From the NCBI GenBank assembly GCA_965203355.1, contig OZ241889.1, positions 3,200,001 to 3,264,000 on the forward strand: DNA of 64,000 nt. The letters run 5' to 3'. The stretch comes from Candidatus Latescibacterota bacterium. Its GTDB lineage: Bacteria > Latescibacterota > UBA2968 > UBA8231. Position 1 is the first letter of the stretch. The number at the start of each line of letters is the position of its first letter. This document shows, piece after piece, positions 10,308-21,600 of the stretch. Both the position numbers and the translations under genes were made by a program. Under the pieces are notes generated by a model. It searched no databases, was not told where the DNA came from, and saw nothing but the letters and a program-made list of their open reading frames with translations.

Positions 10308-10682
10308 ATGCCCAACTACACTTTCAACCACGTCCATCACGAAGCCGTTGACGTCCACGCCGCGGTTGACTGGTACAAAAAGCTCTTCGGTGCCACCAGC
10401 GACCCGCCCTTTGAGCGCGGCGGCGCGACTTGGGTGCCAGTCCACATCGGGGCCGTGCAAATCACCGTCACCGATCGCGAGTTTGCCCCCATGGAATTGG
10501 GGCGCTACCAAGGCTACGACCACATCGCCCTCGTCTCCGATGACTTCGATCAAACCCTCGCCGACATCGCCGCGCACCGCGTCGAAATCTGGCTGGGGCC
10601 GGTCGCACTCGACGACGGCAACCGCATCGTCTTCATCAACGGCCCAGACCACGTCAAAATCGAACTGATGGAGCAGCGCTGA
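10308..10682 (+). CDS. VOC (glyoxalase/bleomycin resistance) family protein
   Basis: FNHVH...AVDWY...FGA, DHIAL and GPDHVKIELME motifs; AGAAAGGA RBS before ATG 10308. Confidence 0.85.
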   Translation: MPNYTFNHVHHEAVDVHAAVDWYKKLFGATSDPPFERGGATWVPVHIGAVQITVTDREFAPMELGRYQGYDHIALVSDDFDQTLADIAAHRVEIWLGPVALDDGNRIVFINGPDHVKIELMEQR

Positions 10683-12563
10683 GTGGAAGTCCGTCCCTTT
10701 GGCTTGTGGCCGAGCGCACTCTCGCCCGACGACCTCGCCGCCGCCATCCGGTTGTCTGACCTCGCTTGGGATGCCGACGGCCGCACCCTCGTCTGGCTCG
10801 AAGGGCGGGGGCCGCAAGGCGTCTTAGTCTGCCAAGCACCTAATGCGGCACCGCGCGACCTCAACGCCGCACTTTCAGTGCGGGCCCGCGTCGGCTACGG
10901 GGGCGGCGATTTCGCCGTCCATCGCGGCCAGGCGTATTTTGCCGAGCAGTCCTCCGGCCGCCTCTATCGGCAGGCACTCTCCAGCGGGCCGGCTCAGCCC
11001 ATTACCCCGGACTTTGGCTATGCCGCGGCTCCCACGCCTTCTCCTTCGGGCCGCCATCTGGTCTATGTCCATCACTACGAGGGCCGCGACTGCCTCGCCT
11101 TAGTGGATGCGGCGGGAAGTTGTTGGCCGCAACGCCTCGTCGAGGGAGCCGATTTTTACATGCAGCCAACTTGGCATCCCAGCGGCGACCGCCTCGCCTG
11201 GATCGAATGGGACCATCCGCAAATGCCCTGGGACGGGACGCGCCTAATGCTGGGTCAAGTAACGCGCAGCCGCCGCGGCCTGCCCCAGTTGCGCACCTCC
11301 GAGCTAATTGCCGGCGACTTCGACACGGCCGTGGCCCAGCCCAGCTTTTCGCCCGATGGCCGCGCCCTCCTGTACACGTCTGACCAACGCGGGTACTCTC
11401 AGCTTTGGTGCCTCGATTTGGCGAGCCGGGCGACGCGCTGCCTCAGCGAGGACGCGTACGACGTAGCTGGCCCGGCTTGGGTCCAAGGCCGACGGGCGTT
11501 TTCGCTGGCGGCCGATAGCCGCACCCTGTATTTCGTCCGCAGCGAAAACGGCCAGCGCACCGCGTACCGCCTCGACCTCCACAGCGGTGCGCTGGCCAAG
11601 GTCCCGGCCTTGGCAAGCTATACCCACGTCGAACAAATCATCGCCGCGCCGCGCGGCCAGGGCCTCGCTTGTATGGCCTCGGCGAGCGCGGTCCCAGCCC
11701 GCATTGTCGCTGGCACCGCCGAGCAAATGCAGGTAAAGGCGCGCACGGCCACCGAGTTGCTAACCGCGGACGACCTCTCCGCACCGCAGCCGGTTTCCTG
11801 GCAAGCCGAAGACGCCACCCGCATCTTCGGCCTCTATTACCCCCCGGCCAGCCGCCGCTTTTGCGGGCGGGGTCGGCCCCCGCTGATCGCGACCATCCAC
11901 GGCGGCCCCACCGGCCAAGTCGAGACCAGCTTTGAGGGCCGCCACCAATACTTTGCCACGCGCGGCTGGGCTGTCCTCGACGTGGATTACCGCGGCAGCA
12001 CGGGCCACGGGCGCACCTACATGACCGCTCTGCGTACCCAGTGGGGCCTCCTCGACGTGGCAGACGCCATCGGCGGTGCCCAACACCTCGTTGACAACGG
12101 GCTAGCCGACCCAGAACGCCTCGTCATCATGGGCGGCAGCGCCGGTGGCTACACCGTCTTGCGGGCACTCACCACGCGGCCCGGCTTTTTCCGCGCCGGC
12201 ATTTGCCTCTACGGCGTGGCCAACCTCTTCACGCTCGCCGCGGACACCCACAAGTTTGAGTCCTGCTACCTCGACTCCATGATCGGCCCCCTGCCCGAAG
12301 CGGCTGCGGCCTATCGCGATCGCTCGCCGGTTTATGCTGCCGACCAACTCCGCGACCCGCTCGCCCTCTTTCAGGGGACCGACGATCAAGTCGTGCCCCC
12401 GGACCAAGCCGAGGCCATTGCGGCCTCGCTGAGCCGCCGCAACGTACCACACGTCTATCACCGGTACGAAGGCGAAGGCCACGGCTGGCGCAAACCCGAG
12501 ACCGTGCGGGCCTTCTACCAAGCCTGTGAAGCCTTCCTCCGCCAGCACGTTCTCTTTGCCTGA
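10683..12563 (+). CDS. S9 family peptidase (prolyl oligopeptidase/acylaminoacyl peptidase)
   Basis: HGGPT, YRGSTG, GGSAGG nucleophile, QG.DD.VV and EGHG, with an N-terminal beta-propeller. Confidence 0.92.
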   Translation: MEVRPFGLWPSALSPDDLAAAIRLSDLAWDADGRTLVWLEGRGPQGVLVCQAPNAAPRDLNAALSVRARVGYGGGDFAVHRGQAYFAEQSSGRLYRQALSSGPAQPITPDFGYAAAPTPSPSGRHLVYVHHYEGRDCLALVDAAGSCWPQRLVEGADFYMQPTWHPSGDRLAWIEWDHPQMPWDGTRLMLGQVTRSRRGLPQLRTSELIAGDFDTAVAQPSFSPDGRALLYTSDQRGYSQLWCLDLASRATRCLSEDAYDVAGPAWVQGRRAFSLAADSRTLYFVRSENGQRTAYRLDLHSGALAKVPALASYTHVEQIIAAPRGQGLACMASASAVPARIVAGTAEQMQVKARTATELLTADDLSAPQPVSWQAEDATRIFGLYYPPASRRFCGRGRPPLIATIHGGPTGQVETSFEGRHQYFATRGWAVLDVDYRGSTGHGRTYMTALRTQWGLLDVADAIGGAQHLVDNGLADPERLVIMGGSAGGYTVLRALTTRPGFFRAGICLYGVANLFTLAADTHKFESCYLDSMIGPLPEAAAAYRDRSPVYAADQLRDPLALFQGTDDQVVPPDQAEAIAASLSRRNVPHVYHRYEGEGHGWRKPETVRAFYQACEAFLRQHVLFA

Positions 12564-12601
12564 TGAGGAATAGTCCTTTGTCTTAAAGCTGCGTACTAAT
12601 T

Positions 12602-15121
12602 ATGCCCCAGCGAGTAAGCGAAATACAGGATACTTCCCTGCTTTTGTTTGGCGATCTCAAAAAACATGCAGCAGGGCTTGTTGTGCAATGTCGAGAACGA
12701 GACACTGCTGCAGTCGATCTCGTATCCCGCCTGATATTCGTACAGTTTTTGCAAGAAAATGGACACTTCGGAACAAAAAGGATAAACTACCTGCAAAATG
12801 CTGCACGAATAACGATAGCAAAGGGACAGGATCTATATGAAGACTTCGTCAAGATATTGTTTGATCAAATTCTCTCCGTTCCGCAAAAGAAAAGAATGCC
12901 TTCGCTTGACGAGCATCCACTTTTCCATGGGCTTCCCTATCTAGATAAAGCAGTCTTTACGTTACCCTTTGACGTAGCGACAACCGTTAATAACGAGCCG
13001 TTATATCGGCTCATCTGTAGCGTTTTTCCCAAGTACAATTGGAGTCTTGCCACAAAGGATAAAACACCTGCTGCAAACCACTTACCCAATATCGAACCAT
13101 GGATATTGGGTTATCTATACGAACGCGGGATCAACCGCAAGGAGACAGGAACGTATTTCACGCCTGATGATCTTTGTTATAATATCGCCCGCCATGCCAT
13201 TGAGAACTGGTTGTTGAACAAATATACGAGAGAATTTAAGACTGCCGACGTGCTCTTGCGGGCTTTCTCATGCACCGATAGAACATCTCGCCGGAATTAT
13301 GCGAATCGCCATCCCGATGTTCTCGTCTGGATCGAGCACTCGCTGAAAACAGTACGTATAATCGATCTAGCGGTAGGAGCTGGGGCCTTTCTGGTGGCAG
13401 CCGCGAACGTTCTCATGGACTTTTTTCAGTTTACCTCCCTATTGCAGACAAATAGTAGTTCCAAGATACCTACCATAAGAAGTATATTCGAGCAAAACAT
13501 CTATGGGATAGATATTGCTCCTCAAGCCCTCGACCTAGCCAAATTGCGACTATGGCTACTGGATCGAGCACTGTTATCTCCATCGCCGTCTAAGCACTTC
13601 TTAACCCCTATGAACAACCTAACAGCAGGCAATGCCCTTGTCCCTCTTTCGCTCTACAGTCCTAGCTATCAACTCTCCATATTTGACGACGCATCTACTA
13701 CTTTGCAGCGATCAGACGTGCGATCTTTTTTGAATCAAGGATTTGATATTTCTCTGGGAAATCCGCCTTTTGTCCCGCTAAGCCAGCAAAATAGCATTCG
13801 CGGCAAACGCGAATTCATCGAGTATTGGAATACCGCGCATCCTACCTACCCGCTTAAACCCACGTCGGATCTGAGCATGTTCTTTATTTTACGCGGTATT
13901 GAAATTCTCAACCGAGAGGGGATCCTATCCTATATCACTTCTCGCAACTTCTTCGATACCCAGTACGGAAAATCCATACGGCAGCACTTGACCAATGAAA
14001 TCAGTTTGCTCCACGTATTCACACTGCATACCCACCCCTTTACCCAATCGGGTATGAAGGCAAAAGCAAATACTGTCATCTTGACTTTGAGCCGCAGCAA
14101 ACCCGCTAGTGACAGTCTTCTATTTAGTCATCTTTCCGATTGGCAGAAACCTCTGCTCATAACTGAAGGCCGTCCCATAAAACGGCGCGATCTCGCTTTT
14201 TCTGATAACTGGACCGAGACGCTTTTTTTTCAAACGCAGATTCGCCAAGAGCTGATTTCCCTTTGTCCTACTACACTATCTCGATATACTCGATCTAAAA
14301 TGGGAGTAAAAACAGGTTGGAATGCTTTCTTTCTTTTGAGAGAAGATCGCGAGCCATTTCTGAACTTTTTCGCAAATGTTTCCGCTAATCACTTAGTACC
14401 CGCAGTAAAAAATTCGCGGAGCCTGCGTGGCTTTGTTATCCCTCAGCGAACTCCTTTTAGATTGCTGAACTTATATAGGCGAGTGAGCGAAAGTGAACCC
14501 GTTTTCAAGTACATTCAAGAATGCGGCACTAGCACCGAAAATTTAGCCAAGCGAATGTCCATCAAAGGCCATTATCCAGAGTGGTACACCCTCTCTCTAT
14601 CCAATCCTCCAGCTATTGCTATTCAATGTATCGTCGATACTACCATTGGCGTCTTCTGGAACAAGTTTAGAATTTATGCAACAGATCAATTTCAAGTTAT
14701 CGAACCCTCTGGAGATCGCGAGCTTGACATACTCCTCTTTCTGTTTCTCTCTAGTAGAATTTCCCATATATTGCTAGAAGGCCGCGGACTTCACCGGGCG
14801 CGGTTTGATGGTAGTTTTATGCTAAAAATTCAAGTTGGTCACCTCAACAATTTGCCGTGTCCGGATTTTGCTTCATTTCCCTCAAATATAAGAGAAGGAT
14901 TATTGAAGACCATGGACCCTATTTTGGACATTCAAGACCGCAAAGACGAGAAAGCCCATCTCCTCATCGATCAACTCGATGAGCTATTTTTAAGAGGACT
15001 TGGGTACAGAGGTGCTAACATGTATAGTCTCCAAAAAGAGCTCAAGAGTGCCCTCAATGAGGCGATAAAGTTTCGGTGGACTAAAGCCCGTTCGGAGTTG
15101 TCTCGAAATGGTCCACGGTAA
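12602..15121 (+). CDS. Large Eco57I/type IIG-like N6-adenine DNA methyltransferase with C-terminal target-recognition region
   Basis: RLIFVQFLQ, GYLYE, TGTYFTP, IDLAVGAGAFL (motif I), NIYGIDI and GNPPF (motif IV); markedly low GC. Confidence 0.85.
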   Translation: MPQRVSEIQDTSLLLFGDLKKHAAGLVVQCRERDTAAVDLVSRLIFVQFLQENGHFGTKRINYLQNAARITIAKGQDLYEDFVKILFDQILSVPQKKRMPSLDEHPLFHGLPYLDKAVFTLPFDVATTVNNEPLYRLICSVFPKYNWSLATKDKTPAANHLPNIEPWILGYLYERGINRKETGTYFTPDDLCYNIARHAIENWLLNKYTREFKTADVLLRAFSCTDRTSRRNYANRHPDVLVWIEHSLKTVRIIDLAVGAGAFLVAAANVLMDFFQFTSLLQTNSSSKIPTIRSIFEQNIYGIDIAPQALDLAKLRLWLLDRALLSPSPSKHFLTPMNNLTAGNALVPLSLYSPSYQLSIFDDASTTLQRSDVRSFLNQGFDISLGNPPFVPLSQQNSIRGKREFIEYWNTAHPTYPLKPTSDLSMFFILRGIEILNREGILSYITSRNFFDTQYGKSIRQHLTNEISLLHVFTLHTHPFTQSGMKAKANTVILTLSRSKPASDSLLFSHLSDWQKPLLITEGRPIKRRDLAFSDNWTETLFFQTQIRQELISLCPTTLSRYTRSKMGVKTGWNAFFLLREDREPFLNFFANVSANHLVPAVKNSRSLRGFVIPQRTPFRLLNLYRRVSESEPVFKYIQECGTSTENLAKRMSIKGHYPEWYTLSLSNPPAIAIQCIVDTTIGVFWNKFRIYATDQFQVIEPSGDRELDILLFLFLSSRISHILLEGRGLHRARFDGSFMLKIQVGHLNNLPCPDFASFPSNIREGLLKTMDPILDIQDRKDEKAHLLIDQLDELFLRGLGYRGANMYSLQKELKSALNEAIKFRWTKARSELSRNGPR

Positions 15122-15182
15122 TTGGTGGGAGCGATCATGGTGATTTCATGCAAAAAAACTGGGCAAAACAATTCTCAAATAC

Positions 15183-15677
15183 TTGCGTCCCAAGCTTACG
15201 GAAAGCCCATTGGAAGAATTAGAAAACCTAATTCTCGAATACTTACTTGCAAAGCGCTCTATCCAGATAGAGGATCCCCAAGAGCGACAGGGAAATAGTA
15301 AGCTCTGGGAAAAAGACTTGGCAGAATTCTTCATCGAACGGGACCTTGAGTTCACTCGCAACGATTCCCAAAGCCCCGACTTTGAACGTCCCTTGAACTT
15401 TGATCTAAAGACGGTGCGCAGCGACCGCTCGACTCTGACCTTTACGGTTGCTCCATTGACTGAAAGACAAGCAAAGACGGGGAAATTGCCCTATCGGATA
15501 GTTGTCTTGATTTGGGAGTATAACTCCACTGATCGCTACGGAAAAGCGGTGAATGCTGTTGTAATTCCCAAAAAGGCACGTACGGTTCTAACTAATTGGA
15601 GTTACAAAGGCATTCAAGTAAAGTCGGGAGTTTCCAACGAACTGATTCAAGAAAAAGGCTTGTTATCACGGTCGTAA
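15183..15677 (+). CDS. Small putative PD-(D/E)XK endonuclease partner of the MTase
   Basis: E...PDF....FDLKT motif; same low-GC island, directly downstream of the MTase. The start is uncertain. Confidence 0.5.
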   Translation: MRPKLTESPLEELENLILEYLLAKRSIQIEDPQERQGNSKLWEKDLAEFFIERDLEFTRNDSQSPDFERPLNFDLKTVRSDRSTLTFTVAPLTERQAKTGKLPYRIVVLIWEYNSTDRYGKAVNAVVIPKKARTVLTNWSYKGIQVKSGVSNELIQEKGLLSRS

Positions 15678-15737
15678 CAATTGACAATACAGCTCTATCG
15701 ACGCGCACCAACCTACTAAAGCCCAAAGGAGTATCCC

Positions 15738-17168
15738 TTGCGCTACGAAACCGTCATCGGCATGGAAGTCCACGTCGAGTTGCAAACCGCCTCCAAGATG
15801 TTTTGCGCCTGCGCGGCCGATCACTTTCAGGTGGCGGCCAACGCCCACATCTGTCCGGTGTGTACCGGCCAGCCCGGCGCCCTACCCGCAATCAACGGGC
15901 GCGCTGTCGAGCTGACGGTTATGACCGGCATGGCCCTCCATTGCCAAATCAAGCCTAGCAGCGTTTTTGCGCGCAAAAACTACGTCTATCCCGACCTGCC
16001 CAAAGGCTACCAGATCTCGCAATACGAGCAGCCCCTGTGCGAGAGCGGCTGGATCGAGATCGACGGCGAGAGCGGGCCCAAGCAAGTCGGCGTCGTCCGC
16101 GTCCACCTCGAAGAAGACACCGGCAAACTCCAGCACACCGGCCACGCCAGCCTGATAGACTACAACCGCGCCGGCGTACCGCTGATGGAAATCGTCACCG
16201 ATTCCTCGCTCCGCTCAGCCGACGAGAGCCATGCGTATTTGACCCAAATCCGCCAAATCGTCCGCTACCTTGGCGCGTCCTCCGGCGACATGGAAAAAGG
16301 GGCCATGCGCTGCGAGGCCAACATTTCGATTCGGCCCGCGGGTCGCCGCGCATTGGGCACCAAGGTCGAGGTCAAAAACCTCAACTCCTTCCGCGCTGTG
16401 CGCAGCGCCATCGCCTACGAAGCCGAGCGCCAGCAGCGCATCGTCGAAGCCGGCGGCCACGTCCAACAAGAGACCATGGGCTGGGACGAACGCGCCCACG
16501 TCACCCGTCCGCAGCGCAGCAAAGAGACCTCGGACGACTACCGCTACTTCCCGGAGCCCGACCTGCTCGTCGCCGAGTTAGACCCCGAGTGGATCGCCCG
16601 AGTCCGCGCCCGCTTGCCCGAGTTGCCGGCGGCCAAAGCCACGCGCTTCGCCGATTCGTACGGACTCAACCCCCCAGCGATCGCCGCCTTGGTCGAAGAC
16701 CATGCCGTGGCCGAGTACTTTGAGCAAGCCGCCCAGCTACCAGGCGCCGATCCCAAGCAAGTGAGCAACTGGATCACCGGGGAAGTCTTTCGCCGCCTCA
16801 ACGCCGAGGGCCGGTCCATTGAGGACGTCAAGGTCCAGCCAGCCGCGCTCGTCGAGCTGCTCTCCTTAGTCGACAAGGGCACGATCAACCAAAACGCGGC
16901 CCGCAAAATCTTTAGCCAACTGTGGGAACAGGGCGGCTCGCCCACCGCAATCGTCGCCGCACGCGGTCTCGGGCAAATCTCCGACAGCGGCGCACTAGAC
17001 CAAGCGGTGGCCGACGTGATTGCGGCGCATCCCGCCGCGGTCGAAAAAATCAAGGGCGGCAACCACAACACCGTGCAATTTCTGATGGGGCAAGTAATGC
17101 GGGCGACGCGGGGAAAAGCCAATCCGCAACTCGTGCGAGAATTGTTGCACAAGCAGTTGGAAATATAA
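15738..17168 (+). CDS. gatB: Asp-tRNA(Asn)/Glu-tRNA(Gln) amidotransferase subunit B
   Basis: [59 protein letters not shown] and [12 protein letters not shown] motifs. Confidence 0.97.
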   Translation: MRYETVIGMEVHVELQTASKMFCACAADHFQVAANAHICPVCTGQPGALPAINGRAVELTVMTGMALHCQIKPSSVFARKNYVYPDLPKGYQISQYEQPLCESGWIEIDGESGPKQVGVVRVHLEEDTGKLQHTGHASLIDYNRAGVPLMEIVTDSSLRSADESHAYLTQIRQIVRYLGASSGDMEKGAMRCEANISIRPAGRRALGTKVEVKNLNSFRAVRSAIAYEAERQQRIVEAGGHVQQETMGWDERAHVTRPQRSKETSDDYRYFPEPDLLVAELDPEWIARVRARLPELPAAKATRFADSYGLNPPAIAALVEDHAVAEYFEQAAQLPGADPKQVSNWITGEVFRRLNAEGRSIEDVKVQPAALVELLSLVDKGTINQNAARKIFSQLWEQGGSPTAIVAARGLGQISDSGALDQAVADVIAAHPAAVEKIKGGNHNTVQFLMGQVMRATRGKANPQLVRELLHKQLEI

Positions 17169-17190
17169 AGCCGTCTCCACCTCGCGGGGA

Positions 17191-18348
17191 CTACAACGCG
17201 AGATCGCCAATTTTCTTCAACGGCAGCGCCGTTATATCCTCGGCGAGCGGATACGCCAAATCGCCGGGATAGACCACCCAAAGATGCTCAAGCCCTAAAT
17301 CCGCGAGGACGACGCGCATGGATTTTGTCGTGCGCGGGGCATCGGTGCATTGGAACTCGAAACCGTAGCGTTTGCTCCGTCGCAGCAACAGCAGATCCAG
17401 CTCGGCACCGCGTTGCGTGGCGTAGAAATAGGCTTGGTCCTGACCGTGCGCAAGCAGCGTCTGTTCGAGCGCGAACCCCTCCCAGCTAGCGCCGTAGCGT
17501 GGGTGCATGGCCAGTTCCGCCATGTCTTCAACCCCCAGCAGGAAGTGCAAAATACCGCTGTCGCGCAGGTACACCTTGGGGGATTTCACCATCCGCTTGC
17601 CCAAGTTCTCAAACCACGGCGGCAGCACCCGAATCACAAAGGTACCAGCGAGTAGATCGCGGTAGTGGTTCACCGCCGTGGCACTCACATCCATGGAACG
17701 GCCCAGTTCCGCCGCGTTCCAAGTTTGTCCGTGGTAATGCGCCAACATGCGCCAGAAGCGGCCCAATGCTTCCGGCGACACTTTGGAGCCCAACCCGCGG
17801 ATGTCCCGCTCGAGAAACGTGCGCGAGAACGACTGCATCCACCGCTTCCATGCCGCTGTTGATCGCGCCAGCCAAGCACGCGGAAAGCCGCCGCATATCC
17901 AAAGCCTATCCTGGTGCTCCGGCCCCACCTCCGCCAACGAGAAGCCACCCACATCCACAAACAGAATCCGCCCGGCCAGCGTCTCTGAGATGCCTTGAAT
18001 CAGGTCCCAAGAGGCACTGCCAAGCAGCAGAAAGACGGCCTTCCGGTTCGGGTCGTCGCACACCGGGCGCAGCACTTGGAACAGGGCCGGTAGGCGTTGC
18101 ACCTCGTCGATGACGATCAAGCCCTCGCTGTTGCGCAACAAAGTTTCCGGGGTTTGCGACAAGGCTTCGCGGACCGCCGGGACTTCTAAGTCGAATGCCG
18201 TCAATTGCCCCGGCCACGCCGCTGCAACCTGTCGCGCCAACGTCGTCTTGCCGACCTGTCGGGCACCGAGCAAGGCCACGGTCGGCACTTCTTCGAGGCC
18301 GCTAACGACCTCGGAAAGCAGGGCCGAGCGCGGTATAAATTGTTGCAT
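17191..18348 (-). CDS. AAA_14 ATPase with DUF4143 domain
   Basis: GARQVGKT Walker A, IDEVQ Walker B, LGSAS, ETLAGR, GGFP, KSPKVY.RDSG and WEGF motifs. Confidence 0.9.
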   Translation of the reverse strand: MQQFIPRSALLSEVVSGLEEVPTVALLGARQVGKTTLARQVAAAWPGQLTAFDLEVPAVREALSQTPETLLRNSEGLIVIDEVQRLPALFQVLRPVCDDPNRKAVFLLLGSASWDLIQGISETLAGRILFVDVGGFSLAEVGPEHQDRLWICGGFPRAWLARSTAAWKRWMQSFSRTFLERDIRGLGSKVSPEALGRFWRMLAHYHGQTWNAAELGRSMDVSATAVNHYRDLLAGTFVIRVLPPWFENLGKRMVKSPKVYLRDSGILHFLLGVEDMAELAMHPRYGASWEGFALEQTLLAHGQDQAYFYATQRGAELDLLLLRRSKRYGFEFQCTDAPRTTKSMRVVLADLGLEHLWVVYPGDLAYPLAEDITALPLKKIGDLAL

Positions 18349-18679
18349 ATCGTTTATCTACCATTGGATTTTCAACAAAAATCCCCGGCCCTCGCCCGAT
18401 CACCAGAGCCGGGGAACGCCGTAGCCATCAAAAAGCGGTTCAATGGAAACGAGCACCAAATGGTCGGACCTGTCAACGGGATCGCGGTGCGGCCCCGGCA
18501 AGAACCCAGCACACACGGCGTACTCTACGGCGACCGACAGTTCCCTGAAATTCTGACCCGCTATCGAGAGCCAGTGCGGCGGCCGGGAATTGCCAACTCC
18601 GCGAGAATAAAATTAGCTGAGGATGTCGCTAACCGGAAAACCCAGCAAGCACTGGAAAGCCTTGCCAACTCGGCCCCGC

Positions 18680-21600
18680 TCAGCGCACCAACGCCAAACG
18701 CCCCACCGCAACGAATGAATCCGCTGTCAAGCGATAGAAGTAAACCCCCGAAGCCACCGCCCTCCCCTCTTGGTCGCGCCCATCCCAGACGAATCTATAG
18801 CGGCCAGCCGCTAACGGCCCCTCCACGAGGTGGCGGGCAGGCCGCCCCAGCCCATCGTAGAGCACCAGTGCAACCACCGCCGCCTTCGGCAAATCAAACG
18901 ACAGCGCGACCGCGGCGTTGAAGGGGTTGGGATAGGCCGGGTGCAGCGCAAAGTCAGCGGGCAGCACCACCGCCTTGGAGGCATCTTTCTCCGTCCACGC
19001 CACCGCCCCTTCGATCTGCGCGGCAATGGCTGCGCTGTCAGCCCCGCTCCAGTCATTGTCTTGGGCGTTCAACTCCTCGGCAGCCAAATTCTCAATGGCC
19101 ACAGTATTGTTGGCAAAGGTGTTGCCGCCAATCGCCTTCGGCACCCGGGGGCCTTCGACCCGAATAGCCACCGTATTATCCGCAAAGCGATTGCCGAAAA
19201 TGTGCGGCGCAGAATTCGCGGATTGAATGGCTGGGGTCCCGCGGACAAACTCGCTGGCGCGAATCTCCAACGACTCCACGCCCGTCAACGCCAAACTCCG
19301 CCCCCCGACAAACGAGCCCCGCTCAATCGCCCCTCGCGTCCCCGGCCCTAAGCGCAGGCCGGCCGCAACATGCGCCCTAAACGTCGAGTTCCATATCTCG
19401 ACCAGCGACCCAGCGATTTCGGCACCGGCGCGCAAGTTGCGCTCCACCAGCACCTGCGCCAAGGCCAAGCGCGTTGCCCCTCCAGCGCGCAAGCCATCAC
19501 CTTGGTTGGCGACGAAGCGGCTGTTGTGCAATTCCACCGCGCCCTGCCACGCTGTCAAATCCATGCCGTGCCCGGTGTTTTGCTCAATCTGCGACTCCCA
19601 CATCTCAATGCGCTGGCCGCGCCCCCCAATGGCTCGCACCCCAACCCGTGGGTCGTCCGGGTCGAGGCGACCATTGTCAATCACAGCGACGCGGATGGCT
19701 TCCAAGGATGCGTTGTTGAGCAGGATCCCCTCCTGGCCGTTGCCTTCAATCGCGACGTTGCGCAACGCGAGTTGCCCGCTACCGGCCATGAGCAAGGCCG
19801 GGCCAGCAATGGTGGTAAATTCGCTCCGATCTACCTGGGCTCGGCCATTGAGCATCAGCCGCAGGCCGTTGCCGCCGCTTTCGCGCACGGCCGAGTCGGC
19901 AATGCGCAGGCTCGTCGCCTCGTCAATCTCGCCGCTAAAGGCAAAACCCGTGCGCGAAAGCTCGGCGTGCCGCACCTCGACTTGCGCCCCCGGCCGCACG
20001 CGAATGCCATACCACAGGCCGTCGTTCTCTGGGCCGGGATCGGTGGTTAGCTGCGCCCGCTGGCCGGCCATTCCCTCAATCGTCAAGGCACCTTCCACGA
20101 TCAACTCGGCAAAGGCCGGGGACGCGCCGCGGCGGCTCAGATCAGAGCGGCCAAAAGACACGCGGCTCGGGCCGATGTGCAGTTCGGACCCGACCGGCAC
20201 CACCAAATCCGCGTACACAGCCTGCTCGTCCAGCCACTGCGTCCGCCCCGGCGGCAAGCGGAAGCCAACGACCCCGCGCTGGGCGTGTTCAATGGCGATG
20301 GCCGCTGGATCAACCGCTTGACCGTCAAGCAGGTAAATGCCCGACCAATCCAAGGGGCCGGGGCGCACCGCACTCGACGCAAACGATGCACCCTCGCCGA
20401 TTTTGAGCGCACCATAGACAATCAACTCGCTGCGATCTGGATCAAATCCCGTGCCCAGTGCGTCGCCGCGGGCAAAGCGCACCTCTGTACCAGCGTCAAT
20501 GGTCAGCGTGGCGCCCGGCAGCACGATCACGTCCCGGTCCAAATCCACCGGACCCGTCCACATCGCATCGCCGACAATGTGGCCCGGGCGTTGTTGCCGC
20601 ACCACATCGACGACCATCGCGGCACCTTGTGGGCGGATGTTGTCTATGGCCATGCTCAGCGGCACGTTCCGCGCAAAGCCCGCGTGGCCACTGAAGGCCG
20701 GATTCGTGTCCCAAGCGAAGCGACGGAATCGCACGCCGTCAAAAGGATCGGTCGCATCGCCTTTGTTGCCATTGTGGGCCGAAGCATACGCTGCGTCCCG
20801 CGCCCAAAAGTCGAGATTGTCCCGTCCTGCCACCGCATCGGGATTGCCATTGGGAAAGCCCCGGTCGGCAAAAAGCCCATCCGCGCAGACTAAATCGACC
20901 TGTTTGTGCCGCTCTTCGTCGTTGTCGGCTTGCTCGTCTATGTGCCAGATGAGCAAGCCATCTTGCGGGATATTGCGGTTGTAGTATGAGCCATCGGCGC
21001 GCCGGTATTCCAGCAGGAAGTACTCGTCTTGGGTCAGGGGGATTTTGTACGCTTGGCGATCGCGGAAGATCTCCCCGATCGCCAGTCCGGCCACGCTCCC
21101 TTCCACTTCCACCACCTCGATCCAACCGAGCGTGGCTAGCGACCACGCCGAAAAGGCATTGGGGCCATCTTCGACGCCCCAACCGAGCGTCCCCCAGCCC
21201 ATGATCCCCCAATTGCCAATGCCCGCAGAATCCTCCTCCGGGGCCAACTCGGCCCCGGTCAATGCCGTCTGATCGAAGAGATCGGGCAATCCCAACACGT
21301 GCGCGAACTCGTGGCACATCGTCGAGGCCGTAATGCTGAAGGTGTGCCCGCGCTGTGTGGTGCCGCCGAAACCCGTGAAGCGGCTCCGCACCCGCACAAA
21401 GCCACCGCCGACGGCCGGATCGCCGCTAATGTAATCGGCGTCCAGCCCCAGACTGGCGATGCCAGTGGCCGCGCCGATGAAGAAATCGCGGGGAGCCGTA
21501 TGCAAGTTGATAAAGACGATATCGACATACCCGTCGTCGTCTCCTGAGTTGGGCACTCCGTCGGGGCCGTCGTTGTCAAAGAGCCCAAAATCGGCGTCCG

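Noticed and set aside
18205-18921. 238-aa plus-strand ORF across the AAA/M6 intergenic gap
   Set aside because: It overlaps two well-supported antisense genes and has no recognisable motif. The intergenic part may be a remnant but cannot be assigned.
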